From Microcystis aeruginosa NIES-843 (GTDB taxonomy: Bacteria > Cyanobacteriota > Cyanobacteriia > Cyanobacteriales > Microcystaceae): 32,000 nt of DNA. Positions 17,149-25,807 of this stretch are shown here, one piece after another. The notes below the pieces were generated by a model. The model was not told where the DNA came from and ran no database searches. It saw only the letters and a program-made list of their open reading frames with translations. The stretch's first letter is position 1, and each line of letters starts with the position of its first letter. A program made the translations under genes and the position numbers. Location of the stretch: the NCBI RefSeq assembly GCF_000010625.1, contig NC_010296.1, positions 90,001 to 122,000 of the forward strand. The letters are read 5' to 3'.

Positions 17149-17968
17149 CAGAATTGCCAATAGCATTCGTTTACTACGCAGCGATCATGAGGGAGTTTTT
17201 TTAATTGTTGAAGGTCATAGTGATAAACTTATTTATGAGCGATTAGTAAACAAGCAAGAGGTTAGGGTGACAATTGCCTCTGGTAAAAATAATGCTATCA
17301 AAGCATTATCCATCTTAGAAAAAGAAAATTTTTGCCGAGTTGTTGCTGTTATAGATGCGGATTTTTCGAGAATAGAACAGCAAATTTCCGACAGTAATAA
17401 TCTCTTTTTAACCGATGAACATGATTTGGAAATGATGTTAATTAAATCTGCCGCTTTCGATAAATTATTAAAAGAACGAGGAAGTGAAGAAAAAATTGCA
17501 GCTTTTTCCAAAGATATTAGAGAAACTTTACTAAAGTTAGGTCAGGAAATTGGTAAATTAAGATTGCTATCTCTTAGAAATGAGTTAGATTTAAAGTTTG
17601 AAGGATTAAAGTTTGGTAAGTTTATTGACAAAAAGAATCTGTCAATAGATATTGACAAATTAATTATAAGTATCAAAAATCATTCTCAGAAACTGTCCTT
17701 AGACGAACAGCAAATTAAACAGTATTTATCGGTAATTAGCGATGAAAATCATGATCCGTGGCAGCTATGTTGTGGACACGATTTTATCAGTATTTTAGCG
17801 ATCGCACTCTGCAAGGTTTTAGGTACATGGAATGCTAATGATGTTAAAAAAGAAGACTGGGAAAGAGAGTTAAGATTAGCTTATGAGTTATCTTATTTTT
17901 ATCAAACACAAATATATCAACTAATGGTCAATTGGCAATCTAATAATCATCCTTATCAAATATTCTGA
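17126..17968 (+). CDS. ariB: DUF4435/Toprim-like protein, AriB-like (PARIS effector component)
   Basis: The Toprim-type acidic motifs are LIVEGHSD (E29, 17210-17212), VIDADF (D77/D79, 17354-17362) and TDEHDLE. It overlaps the upstream ATPase gene by 23 nt. Confidence 0.7.
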   Translation: MREQITPDRIANSIRLLRSDHEGVFLIVEGHSDKLIYERLVNKQEVRVTIASGKNNAIKALSILEKENFCRVVAVIDADFSRIEQQISDSNNLFLTDEHDLEMMLIKSAAFDKLLKERGSEEKIAAFSKDIRETLLKLGQEIGKLRLLSLRNELDLKFEGLKFGKFIDKKNLSIDIDKLIISIKNHSQKLSLDEQQIKQYLSVISDENHDPWQLCCGHDFISILAIALCKVLGTWNANDVKKEDWERELRLAYELSYFYQTQIYQLMVNWQSNNHPYQIF

Positions 17969-18331
17969 TTTGGCTTATTGCCTTAAGTTTGAGATGATAT
18001 ATTTAACAAATCGGCTCGACTTTGTGTTATAATCAAAGCAAGGCTTTAAAGACGATATTCTCAGCAAATTATGCCTATTGTTCTTCCTGGCACTCTAATT
18101 TCACTGAAAGATTAATTTAACCTTGATCTGTCGGGATTGATTTCTTAACCTGTTAATAAATTGATTTTTTCCCCAGTCAGGCTAGAATCAGTAGGATTAG
18201 CATCCAAGATAATCGGGGTAACTTTGGTTAATCTGGGGCAGTGTAGCCTAAAAAAACGCCAAAAATAGTCAAATTTAGACTTGAGTGGCTTCTTACTAAC
18301 TGTTTAATCTATTATTTAGGTATTAGACTCT

Positions 18332-20500
18332 ATGGCTAAAGCTTCTACCGTAACTTCCGAAATCGATCTTAAAGATTCGCAATATTACTTTAACCGAGAA
18401 TTAAGCTGGTTAGAATTTAATCGTCGCGTGCTTTATGAAGCACTTGATCCTCGGACTCCCCTACTGGAAAGATTAAAATTTACCGCCATTTTTTGTGCCA
18501 ATCTCGACGAATTTTTTATGGTACGGGTGGCAGTTCTTAAACAACAGGTAGAGGCAAATGTAGCCGTTTTAAGTGCCGATGGCCGGACTGCCTCGGAACA
18601 GCTAACCGAGATCAGTAAACGTCTGCGTCCCCTTGTACAACAGCAGGATCGTCTTTTTGAACACACCCTAAAAAATCTCTTAGTGGAACAGGGAATTCAT
18701 CTGATTAACTATGTAGATTTACATCAAGAACAGCGCAATTATCTCCATGATTACTTTGAACAAAATATTTTCCCCGTTTTAACTCCTCTAGCGGTGGATC
18801 CTAGTCATCCTTTTCCCTATATTTCTAATCTTAGTCTCAATTTAGCCGTAGTCGTTCGCGATCCCGACACCGATAAAGAACTATTTGCCAGGGTGAAAGT
18901 GCCGCAGGTTTTCCCCCGTTTTCTGGCATTACCCAAGGAATTACGCCACCAAGACGGAAAAGCTTCGATTTGGACGGGAGTACCCCTTGAACAGGTGGTA
19001 ATGCACAATTTAGAGGCACTTTTCCCCAGCATGATCATTCAAGAATGTTATCCTTTTCGGGTGACGCGCAACGCCGATATCTCCGTCGAAGAAGATGAGG
19101 CCGATGATTTATTATTAGCGATCGAGGAAGAAGTACGCAAGCGCCGCATCGGTAAATCGGCAGTACGTCTGGAAATTCACAGTTCTACCCCTAGCAATAT
19201 TAAAAACCGGATCATGCGCGATCTCGGACTTGAGGAGATCGATGTTTACGATGTGGATGGACTGCTGGGACACAAAGATTTATTTTATTTTATGTCTTTA
19301 CCCTGTCCCGAACTGAAAGATCCGCCTTGGAATCCTGTCACTCCAACAGTTTTACAGGGATTGCGAGAAATAGTTGACGGTAACGAAGACGGTATCCTAG
19401 AACAGGATGGCGAAGATATTTTTACTTTAATTCGCAATAACGATATTCTCGTTCATCACCCTTACCATTCCTTTAGTGCCTCAGTACAACAGTTTATCGC
19501 CCAGGCGGCCTATGATGCCCATGTTTTAGCGATTAAAATGACTTTGTATCGTACTTCCGGAGATTCCCCGATTGTCAATTCCCTGATTGCAGCGGCGGAA
19601 AATGGGAAACAGGTAGCGGCGTTAGTGGAACTAAAAGCACGCTTTGATGAGGAAAATAACATTACTTGGGCGAAAAAGCTCGAACAAGCCGGAGTTCACG
19701 TTGTTTATGGCTTAGTTGGTCTAAAAACCCATACGAAAGTGGTTCTCGTGGTCAGAAAAGAAGGGGATAAAATCCGTCGTTATTTCCATATTGGCACGGG
19801 CAATTATAACCCAAAAACTGCCAAATTATACACTGATTTGGGTTTACTTAGCTGTCGTGAGGATTTGGGGGCAGATATCACCGATTTATTTAACTTTCTG
19901 ACTGGATACTCCCGTCAGCAATCCTATCGCAAACTTTTAATTGCTCCGGTGAGTTTGCGAAAACGGATGTTAGCAATGATCGATCGCGAGGCCAAAAACT
20001 GTAAAAATGGCGGTACGGGGCGCATTGTCGCAAAAATGAACTCTATTGTCGATAAACCGATTATAGAAGCTTTATACGCCGCTTCTCGTGCTGGTGTGCA
20101 GATTGACTTAATTATTCGCGGCATCTGTTGTTTACGACCCGGATTGCCAGAAATAAGCGAAAATATCCGAGTAATTAGCATTATCGGCCGCTTTTTGGAA
20201 CATTCCCGCATTTTTTACTTTTACAATGATGGTCAGGAGGAGGTTTATATTGGTAGCGCCGATTGGATGACGCGGAACCTGACTCGTCGCGTGGAAGCAG
20301 TGACACCCATCGATGAACCAGCGATCGCCAAGGAACTAGAAGAAATTCTCGGCATTATGTTGTCAGATAACCGGCAAGCATGGGAATTACAATCCGACGG
20401 CAGTTATATTCAGCGTCGTGCTGCCAACCAGGGACAGGAAAGCAGTACCCATGTAATTTTGATGGAAAAAGCCCTTAAATCTGCGGGTATTAGTCAATAG
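18332..20500 (+). CDS. ppk1: Polyphosphate kinase 1
   Basis: It is 722 aa. The N-terminus YFNRELSWLEFNRRVL, the autophosphorylated-His region GLKTHTKV and two PLD-like HKD-type domains match the PPK1 family. Confidence 0.95.
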   Translation: MAKASTVTSEIDLKDSQYYFNRELSWLEFNRRVLYEALDPRTPLLERLKFTAIFCANLDEFFMVRVAVLKQQVEANVAVLSADGRTASEQLTEISKRLRPLVQQQDRLFEHTLKNLLVEQGIHLINYVDLHQEQRNYLHDYFEQNIFPVLTPLAVDPSHPFPYISNLSLNLAVVVRDPDTDKELFARVKVPQVFPRFLALPKELRHQDGKASIWTGVPLEQVVMHNLEALFPSMIIQECYPFRVTRNADISVEEDEADDLLLAIEEEVRKRRIGKSAVRLEIHSSTPSNIKNRIMRDLGLEEIDVYDVDGLLGHKDLFYFMSLPCPELKDPPWNPVTPTVLQGLREIVDGNEDGILEQDGEDIFTLIRNNDILVHHPYHSFSASVQQFIAQAAYDAHVLAIKMTLYRTSGDSPIVNSLIAAAENGKQVAALVELKARFDEENNITWAKKLEQAGVHVVYGLVGLKTHTKVVLVVRKEGDKIRRYFHIGTGNYNPKTAKLYTDLGLLSCREDLGADITDLFNFLTGYSRQQSYRKLLIAPVSLRKRMLAMIDREAKNCKNGGTGRIVAKMNSIVDKPIIEALYAASRAGVQIDLIIRGICCLRPGLPEISENIRVISIIGRFLEHSRIFYFYNDGQEEVYIGSADWMTRNLTRRVEAVTPIDEPAIAKELEEILGIMLSDNRQAWELQSDGSYIQRRAANQGQESSTHVILMEKALKSAGISQ

Positions 20501-20503
20501 GAA

Positions 20504-20538
20504 CAGTTATCAGTTATCAGTTATCAGTTATCAGTTAT
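20504..20538. repeat. (CAGTTAT)x5 heptamer STRR array, followed by (TGCCTAT)x3 at 20613-20633
   Basis: Read directly. CAGTTAT is a circular permutation of the reverse complement of the CTGATAA units at 9241-9275. Confidence 0.9.
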
Positions 20539-20759
20539 CAGTGGGTAAGTTGTCAGTGATCAGATGTGATACTAAATCTGGTTATTAAAAACTGATTATC
20601 TATTGCTCCTTTTGCCTATTGCCTATTGCCTCTCCTGATATGTAGCCTATACTCAACGGATTTAGTATGACTAACTGGTTGAGAGGTTAAACCATCTCAA
20701 AAGCTGAGAGCAAGCATCTTGATCTGTATTTTCTCAACCAGTCAAATCAAGCAAGAATC

Positions 20760-22484
20760 CTAATAATAATTACCGACTTTGCGATGGTGAACAGCCGTTA
20801 AACCATCAGGTTTAGAAACGCGACCATCGGCGACTTTATTGTAAACAATCCAGTGGTCAGCACATTCCATACGACTAACTACCTCACATTCTAAATAAGC
20901 GAGGGCATCGGCTAAAATCGGCGAACCATTATTAGCGGTGCGAGTATCGACTCCTGCAAAACGATCTTCCCCAGGTCCGAAACGTTTTAAAAAGTGTTTC
21001 ATCAGGGTTTGATAATTGCCTTCTTCCAGAATATTTAAAATGAATTGATCCCCCACTTGCAGTAAAGACTCGATCGCCCGATCTTTGGCCACAGCAACGG
21101 TAAAACCGGGAGGATCAAAACTTGCTTGAGTGACCCAAGAAGCGACCATTGCCCCGCTTCTGTCTCCTTTCTTGGTGGTAATAATATATAGACCACCGCT
21201 AATCCGTCCGATGGCTTTATCGAGGTCAGTATCGAGGGATTTTCTTTGTTTAACTTTTACCTCTTGGGTTAATAGTTGTCCCAGATCTGTCCCCGCTTCT
21301 TCACAGCGTTGATAGAGACTCTCGTTAGGAGTTTCCGCGCTACGAATGGGATCGAAAGCTTTGGTTAAGCCAACTTCACGAAACTTATTAAATAGAGGTA
21401 AAATCGGTTCATCATCATCCCCTTGAGATTCAAACATTCCGAGGTATTGTTTGGGGTTAACCGAGGCGAGAATTGTGCCTAGATTCCCCGTAATTTCTTG
21501 GGCATGAATACCAGAAACGGGGGGAGTACCGATGACGATTCCCACCGCGGAAGAAGCTAATTCTTTTACCTCTTGGGGGTCGGCGGATTTCAGGTCTAAA
21601 GTTTCTACAGCCACACCGGTTTTAGTAATACCTTTGGCAATAGATTGACAGAGGCGATCGCTATAACCATAATCGGAAACATAGAAAACTGCAACGGTTT
21701 TTTCTGCCTTAGTTTGTGCCTGACTCCAATCACGATAATGGGTCAATAATTCAGTAACATTATGTTTTAATAACGGTCCATGACCATTAGCCACGAGATT
21801 AATATTACCTAGGGGTTCCATCCTTTTCATCGCCGCTAGTACGGAACGAGCATTAGGAGCCATTAAACATTCATAATAGAAACGATAATCCGGTTCAATA
21901 GCACTTAATTGCTCATCGTAAAGATCATCGGAACAGTAGTGCATTCCGAAGGCATCACAGGTAAATAAAATTCCCGAACCGTGATCGTAGGTAAAAATAG
22001 TATCGGGCCAGTGTAAATTAGGAGCATTAACAAATTCGAGAATGTGACCGTTGCCTAGGTCTAACTGATCGCCATTTTTGACCAGTTGACGTTGAAAGGG
22101 ATGATGCACTAAATTCTCTAAAAACTGAATTGCTACTTTCGACCCAACGACGGTAATATTGGGAGCGAGTTGCAATATATCTCTGACTAACCCACTGTGA
22201 TCGGGTTCGGTATGACTGATAATTAAATAATCGATTTCTTGGGGGTTAATTAATCCGTTGAGACTATCAAAATATAGTTGACGGAATTTTTCGTGAGAGG
22301 TATCCACAAGGGCGATTTTTTCCCCACGAATCAGATAGGAGTTATAAGTCGTACCGTTTTGTAATCCGAATTCAATATCGAAGCGATCGCGATCCCAATC
22401 GAGGGAACGAATAGCGGTAGTGTCTGCGGTGAGATCGGCCACCTGCACGGTGAGACGTTTTGTTTTGACTGGTGTAGCAACCAT
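20760..22484 (-). CDS. Flavodiiron protein (class C, Flv1/Flv3-type diflavin flavoprotein): metallo-beta-lactamase-like, flavodoxin-like and flavin reductase domains
   Basis: The canonical di-iron motif is SHTEPDHSG. A flavodoxin-like middle section and a C-terminal flavin-reductase domain (GGLYIITTKKGDRSGAMVASWV) are present. The N-terminus AIRSLDWDRDRFDIEFGLQNGTTYNSYLI resembles Flv3. Confidence 0.9.
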   Translation of the reverse strand: MVATPVKTKRLTVQVADLTADTTAIRSLDWDRDRFDIEFGLQNGTTYNSYLIRGEKIALVDTSHEKFRQLYFDSLNGLINPQEIDYLIISHTEPDHSGLVRDILQLAPNITVVGSKVAIQFLENLVHHPFQRQLVKNGDQLDLGNGHILEFVNAPNLHWPDTIFTYDHGSGILFTCDAFGMHYCSDDLYDEQLSAIEPDYRFYYECLMAPNARSVLAAMKRMEPLGNINLVANGHGPLLKHNVTELLTHYRDWSQAQTKAEKTVAVFYVSDYGYSDRLCQSIAKGITKTGVAVETLDLKSADPQEVKELASSAVGIVIGTPPVSGIHAQEITGNLGTILASVNPKQYLGMFESQGDDDEPILPLFNKFREVGLTKAFDPIRSAETPNESLYQRCEEAGTDLGQLLTQEVKVKQRKSLDTDLDKAIGRISGGLYIITTKKGDRSGAMVASWVTQASFDPPGFTVAVAKDRAIESLLQVGDQFILNILEEGNYQTLMKHFLKRFGPGEDRFAGVDTRTANNGSPILADALAYLECEVVSRMECADHWIVYNKVADGRVSKPDGLTAVHHRKVGNYY

Positions 22485-22822
22485 CGAACCTCTCCTTATT
22501 GTTAAGTTTTTTATACTTTGTCTCTATTGTGCCACGAGGAAATAAGGTATGGGGATTTATTTTCTCAATAATTACTGATAACAGTTATCTTAATGGTCAG
22601 GTAGGAGTCGATCGTCGATACCGAATTAGCTTATACTTCATCTTTATGAGAAAAGCTCTCTATCGATCTGTGTGGGGAAATGGGTCTTATACATTCCAGT
22701 CAAATTAAATTTGAGGCGTTGCTGATTTCAGATATGAATCCTCTTTTCTGGGATTTTTAAAACCTAGACCCAAACTAACTTTTGGATACGATTGAACGCC
22801 TTTATTAGCTGTCACCTTCTTT

Positions 22823-23149
22823 TTAACAGTTCATATTTATCCCCCAATGTGAAAATTGGCGGTCTTTGTAGGCAAGGGTAAAAGTGGATAAATAATCTTG
22901 ACCGTCTAAATCGAGATTAAAGGCAGAAAAGCAGACCCACAGACTACGTTTATCAACGGCGACAGAGCGACTAAAAATTTTACTGAGAGTATTGGCAGTC
23001 AGTCCAGTGTGTTGGCTAAGAATGTCTAAGGTGCAGCGAGTGTTTTGTTTTATTTCCCAATTCACTTTAGCACGGTGCAGTTTTTGGTAGCCGATAGAGG
23101 TTAAGATTACGCCGCGCTGACGAGAGGATTTACCCTTTGACTGTTCCAT
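22823..23149 (-). pseudogene. Orphan N-terminal HTH-like domain, probably the 5' fragment of a larger signalling/STAND-type gene
   Basis: RGVILTSIGYQKLHRAK...TLDILSQHTGLTANTLSKIFSR...AVDKRSLWVCFSAFNLDLDGQDYL matches the N-terminal module I recall at the front of very large cyanobacterial NTPase/repeat proteins. Here the ORF stops about 20 codons after the domain. Confidence 0.45.
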
Positions 23150-23392
23150 AAGTTACCTCATCAACATAGAGATTAGCAGAATTTTCCATTATGGTAATCA
23201 GTGGGAATACAAAAAATTACTTTTTTTACAATATTTAAAGTTTGCGCTAGGAGTCAGGATTTTAACTAGGTGAGATCACCGATGATTCTCCTTGAACAGT
23301 TATTATGTACTTAACCTATAGGAGTCCATCGTTATTTAGCGATTGAATGGTGCGATCGCCGTTATGCTTCATCAATTTCCCATAGATTGTGA

Positions 23393-23770
23393 TTAATCCC
23401 ATACGGCATTTTCATAATGATTTAAAATGTGATAATCTTTGGTTAGCAAAATATGGTTATCTACTGAAGCGTTACTAACAATTAAGCGCTCAAAGGGATC
23501 ACGAGTCTCGTTAATAATGACAGACTGATTAATAATTAAATTAAAATCTTTTTTACATACCTTTAAATCAAGGCAACTTACTAATTCTAGAACAATGTCG
23601 TCTGATTTTTCAGTAATTCGCCCAATTTCGTATAAATATTGTAACTCTAGCCTTACTATCGGCGAAATATAGAGTTCATTCTCGTTAATTAGATGTTTGG
23701 CGCAATCGCTTAATTTAGCAGTTAGTCCTGCATAAAGCCAGACAACAATATGAGTATCAAGGTAAATCAA
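23393..23770 (-). CDS. vapC: PIN-domain toxin (VapC family), TA cassette 1
   Basis: The PIN acidic residues are in MIYLDTH, LELQYL, TRDPFERLIV and LTKD. It overlaps the upstream antitoxin gene by 14 nt. Confidence 0.8.
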   Translation of the reverse strand: MIYLDTHIVVWLYAGLTAKLSDCAKHLINENELYISPIVRLELQYLYEIGRITEKSDDIVLELVSCLDLKVCKKDFNLIINQSVIINETRDPFERLIVSNASVDNHILLTKDYHILNHYENAVWD

Positions 23771-23993
23771 GGTTTATCTCCTGTTCCCAACTGATTTGTA
23801 CAAGATCATCGGGATCGCCAATAATGGCTTGAGGACGATAAATTAATTTTTGTAATTTATCTACGGTTTCAACGGGACTAATGATTAATCGTTTGCCGTT
23901 GCGATCAATTTCTAGGGGTTTTCCTGTGTTGAGGATTTCATCGAGCAGTTGGTCTAGGTTATTTTGTAATTTACTTGAGGTGACGCTTTTCAT
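23757..23993 (-). CDS. Antitoxin (Phd/YefM-like), TA cassette 1
   Basis: It is 78 aa, and its N-terminus MKSVTSSKLQNNLDQLLDEILNTGKPLEIDRNGKRL is typical of the Phd/YefM fold. It is translationally coupled to the PIN gene. Confidence 0.7.
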   Translation of the reverse strand: MKSVTSSKLQNNLDQLLDEILNTGKPLEIDRNGKRLIISPVETVDKLQKLIYRPQAIIGDPDDLVQISWEQEINLDLP

Positions 23994-24039
23994 TGCTGGT
24001 CAAGGGAGTAGGGAGTTTTGGGGACGGGAGATATTCGAT

Positions 24040-24068
24040 ATTATAGCGATCACCGTTATGCTTGATAA
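24040..24068 (-). promoter_or_regulatory. Candidate sigma70-type promoter of TA cassette 1 (-35 TTATCA, 17 nt spacer, -10 TATAAT)
   Basis: On the minus strand, TATAAT lies at 24045-24040 and TTATCA at 24068-24063. The GATCGCTATAAT block recurs upstream of TA cassette 2 (24827-24838). Confidence 0.45.
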
Positions 24069-24142
24069 ATTTCCTGACGATGCCCGATTTTGTGGAGATC
24101 AATAATGAAATACTGCTCTGGGCAATCAAATTCTAAGTAAGA
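24056..24142 (-). pseudogene. RelE/ParE-type toxin 3' tail remnant (junction-module copy ii)
   Basis: The minus-strand reading is ...LEFDCPEQYFIIDLHKIGHRQEIYQA*. The ending xxKIGHRxEIY resembles the C-terminus of cyanobacterial RelE-family toxins. No N-terminal part is present. Confidence 0.5.
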
Positions 24143-24567
24143 TTATTAAAATTAGAATCTTGGAACAAAATCCGCAAGTTCTCTTGGGTAAAGTGTTTGT
24201 CATGGGTTAAGACTTCTATAATGCCTCTTTGTTTCATTACAATCATAGAGATGCAATCTGTGAGGCTATAGCCTTTATCAGGACGTTCATCGAATAGTTG
24301 AAATCCAGCTTGTCTTAGTTGAGGCGTGTAAGAAATAATTTCCATATTCGACTCTTGGCAAATTTGAAGGTAGGTAGCAAGAGCTTTTCGACGCATAATA
24401 GCACCTTTAGTTGCAAAATAATTCAGTGTTTCATCTATGATGCCATCGGTAGTTATTAGGTAATCATCTGCATATTTTTGGGCATAATCTAAGGCAATAG
24501 TGTGCCAGTTATCTCTGGGATTAATCAAGGCAATCCAATAAAAGGTATCAGCAAAAATGACTTTCAT
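24133..24567 (-). CDS. vapC: PIN-domain toxin (VapC family), TA cassette 2
   Basis: MKVIFADTFYWIALINPRDNWH...LTDCISMIVMKQRGIIEVLTHDKHF fits the PIN pattern. It lies 2 nt downstream of the small antitoxin ORF. Confidence 0.8.
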   Translation of the reverse strand: MKVIFADTFYWIALINPRDNWHTIALDYAQKYADDYLITTDGIIDETLNYFATKGAIMRRKALATYLQICQESNMEIISYTPQLRQAGFQLFDERPDKGYSLTDCISMIVMKQRGIIEVLTHDKHFTQENLRILFQDSNFNNLT

Positions 24568-24569
24568 TA

Positions 24570-24797
24570 TTATTGTTTTGGTGTGCCATAAAGATAATGA
24601 TCGTGTTGTTCGGCTCCGTCGGTGGGTAAGGTTTCTAGGACTTCTGGGGGAATATCGGCGGTGAGTTCTTCAATGAATTGCCAAAAGGGTTGTTTCGGTT
24701 TGGCGGTTTGGGTTTGATGGAGGAAATCGAGGAGTTGGTGAATGGTTTCATCGGAAGCGGTTTCGATTTCCTGGAGGAGTTGTTCTTTGGCTGTCAT
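24570..24797 (-). CDS. Putative antitoxin of TA cassette 2 (family not recognised)
   Basis: It is a 75-aa acidic ORF immediately upstream of the PIN toxin, in the classical TA layout. Confidence 0.6.
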   Translation of the reverse strand: MTAKEQLLQEIETASDETIHQLLDFLHQTQTAKPKQPFWQFIEELTADIPPEVLETLPTDGAEQHDHYLYGTPKQ

Positions 24798-24878
24798 GGC
24801 TGGTTTGGGATGGGGAGATGTTCCAGATTATAGCGATCTCTATTATAAACAGTTGAAAAAAGTAATTGCCTTTATTTT

Positions 24879-25178
24879 TTAGGGGTTTTCAAAGAAAAAA
24901 GCTTCTAAATCTCGCTCTCCTTTGATAAAAGGCATGATTTCTAGCCCTTGCTCAGTTAAGCGATAGAAAATAATGTAGTTTTTCATCGGTAAGCCACGCA
25001 AATAGGGACGAATCTCTCGATAACTGCGCCCCATTAGAGGAAATTGGCTAAGATAACGACACTTTTTGCTAAACTCTTCTAGGAATTTCTCGCCCGCATT
25101 AATATTGGTATTAGCCAAATAATCAAGAATTTGTTCCATATCTCGAATGGCTTCGGTCGAAATGATGTATTGATTCAT
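24879..25178 (-). CDS. parE: ParE/RelE-family toxin, TA cassette 3
   Basis: It is 99 aa. The pattern ...LEEFSKKCRYLSQFPLMGRSYREIRPYLRGLPMKNYIIFYRL is typical of ParE. Confidence 0.8.
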   Translation of the reverse strand: MNQYIISTEAIRDMEQILDYLANTNINAGEKFLEEFSKKCRYLSQFPLMGRSYREIRPYLRGLPMKNYIIFYRLTEQGLEIMPFIKGERDLEAFFFENP

Positions 25179-25184
25179 GAATAT

Positions 25185-25442
25185 TTAAGCTTCACAGTTT
25201 TTTTGAAGTCTTGCTTTGAGTTGAGCGATCGCGGTTTCTCCATCAATCCCTTCGCTTCGATCTAATTGTTCGGCAGCAATATCAATTTTTTGGCCAATGT
25301 CTTCCACCCATTGTTGATACTGATCGCGTTTACTGAGTAATTGTAAGGCTTCGGCAATAACTTCATCTGGATTGGCATAATGCCCTGTATCTAGTTTGGC
25401 TTCGATCAGCTTTTGGTGTTCGGGTTTTAAAGTTAATTTCAT
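25185..25442 (-). CDS. parD: ParD-family antitoxin, TA cassette 3
   Basis: MKLTLKPEHQKLIEAKLDTGHYANPDEVIAEALQLL is a ribbon-helix-helix ParD pattern. I prefer the ATG at 25440-25442. A minus-strand TATAAT at 25473-25468 overlaps the alternative upstream ATG at 25467-25469. Confidence 0.75.
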   Translation of the reverse strand: MKLTLKPEHQKLIEAKLDTGHYANPDEVIAEALQLLSKRDQYQQWVEDIGQKIDIAAEQLDRSEGIDGETAIAQLKARLQKNCEA

Positions 25443-25526
25443 GGTTGTTAAGGCTTGACTTTTTTTCATTATAGGTTTGTCGCGGTGAAATCATTCCGGG
25501 TTTGCCGAGGCAGAATGATCATTTTA

Positions 25527-25806
25527 CCCACATTCCGCACCCTAAAGTGTCACATTGAAAATTTTATCTAAATCGTCAAAACGATTGCCGGCTCTGAATT
25601 ACAGGCTAATTTGTTTGCCCAGCAGATGCACAATTAGCCCTAAAAATCTGATAGCTCTGATACCAAATTATTGAGATAAACTCTCATTAAGCTGGCGATC
25701 GCTGACTAGAGTGTGACACTTCATAATTCTTAGTAATCGCTAAAAGTCTTACTATACAAGGGCTAGAGCAACTTTTGATTTCAACGACTAGGGTGCGGAA
25801 TGTGGG
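25527..25806. mobile_element. 280-bp MITE with perfect 18-bp terminal inverted repeats and a 6-bp target-site duplication
   Basis: The TIR is cccacattccgcacccta (25527-25544) against tagggtgcggaatgtggg (25789-25806). ATTTTA flanks both sides (25521-25526 and 25807-25812). It has no coding capacity. Confidence 0.8.
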
Positions 25807-25807
25807 A

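Noticed and set aside
22499-22708. 69-aa plus-strand ORF upstream of the flavodiiron gene
   Set aside because: It lies in AT-rich promoter/intergenic sequence, has no motif, and its product composition is hydrophobic and Tyr/Phe-rich, typical of random AT-rich ORFs.
23881-24105. 74-aa plus-strand ORF across TA cassette 1's antitoxin and promoter
   Set aside because: It is antisense to the antitoxin gene and to the junction module. The minus-strand interpretation explains the conservation.
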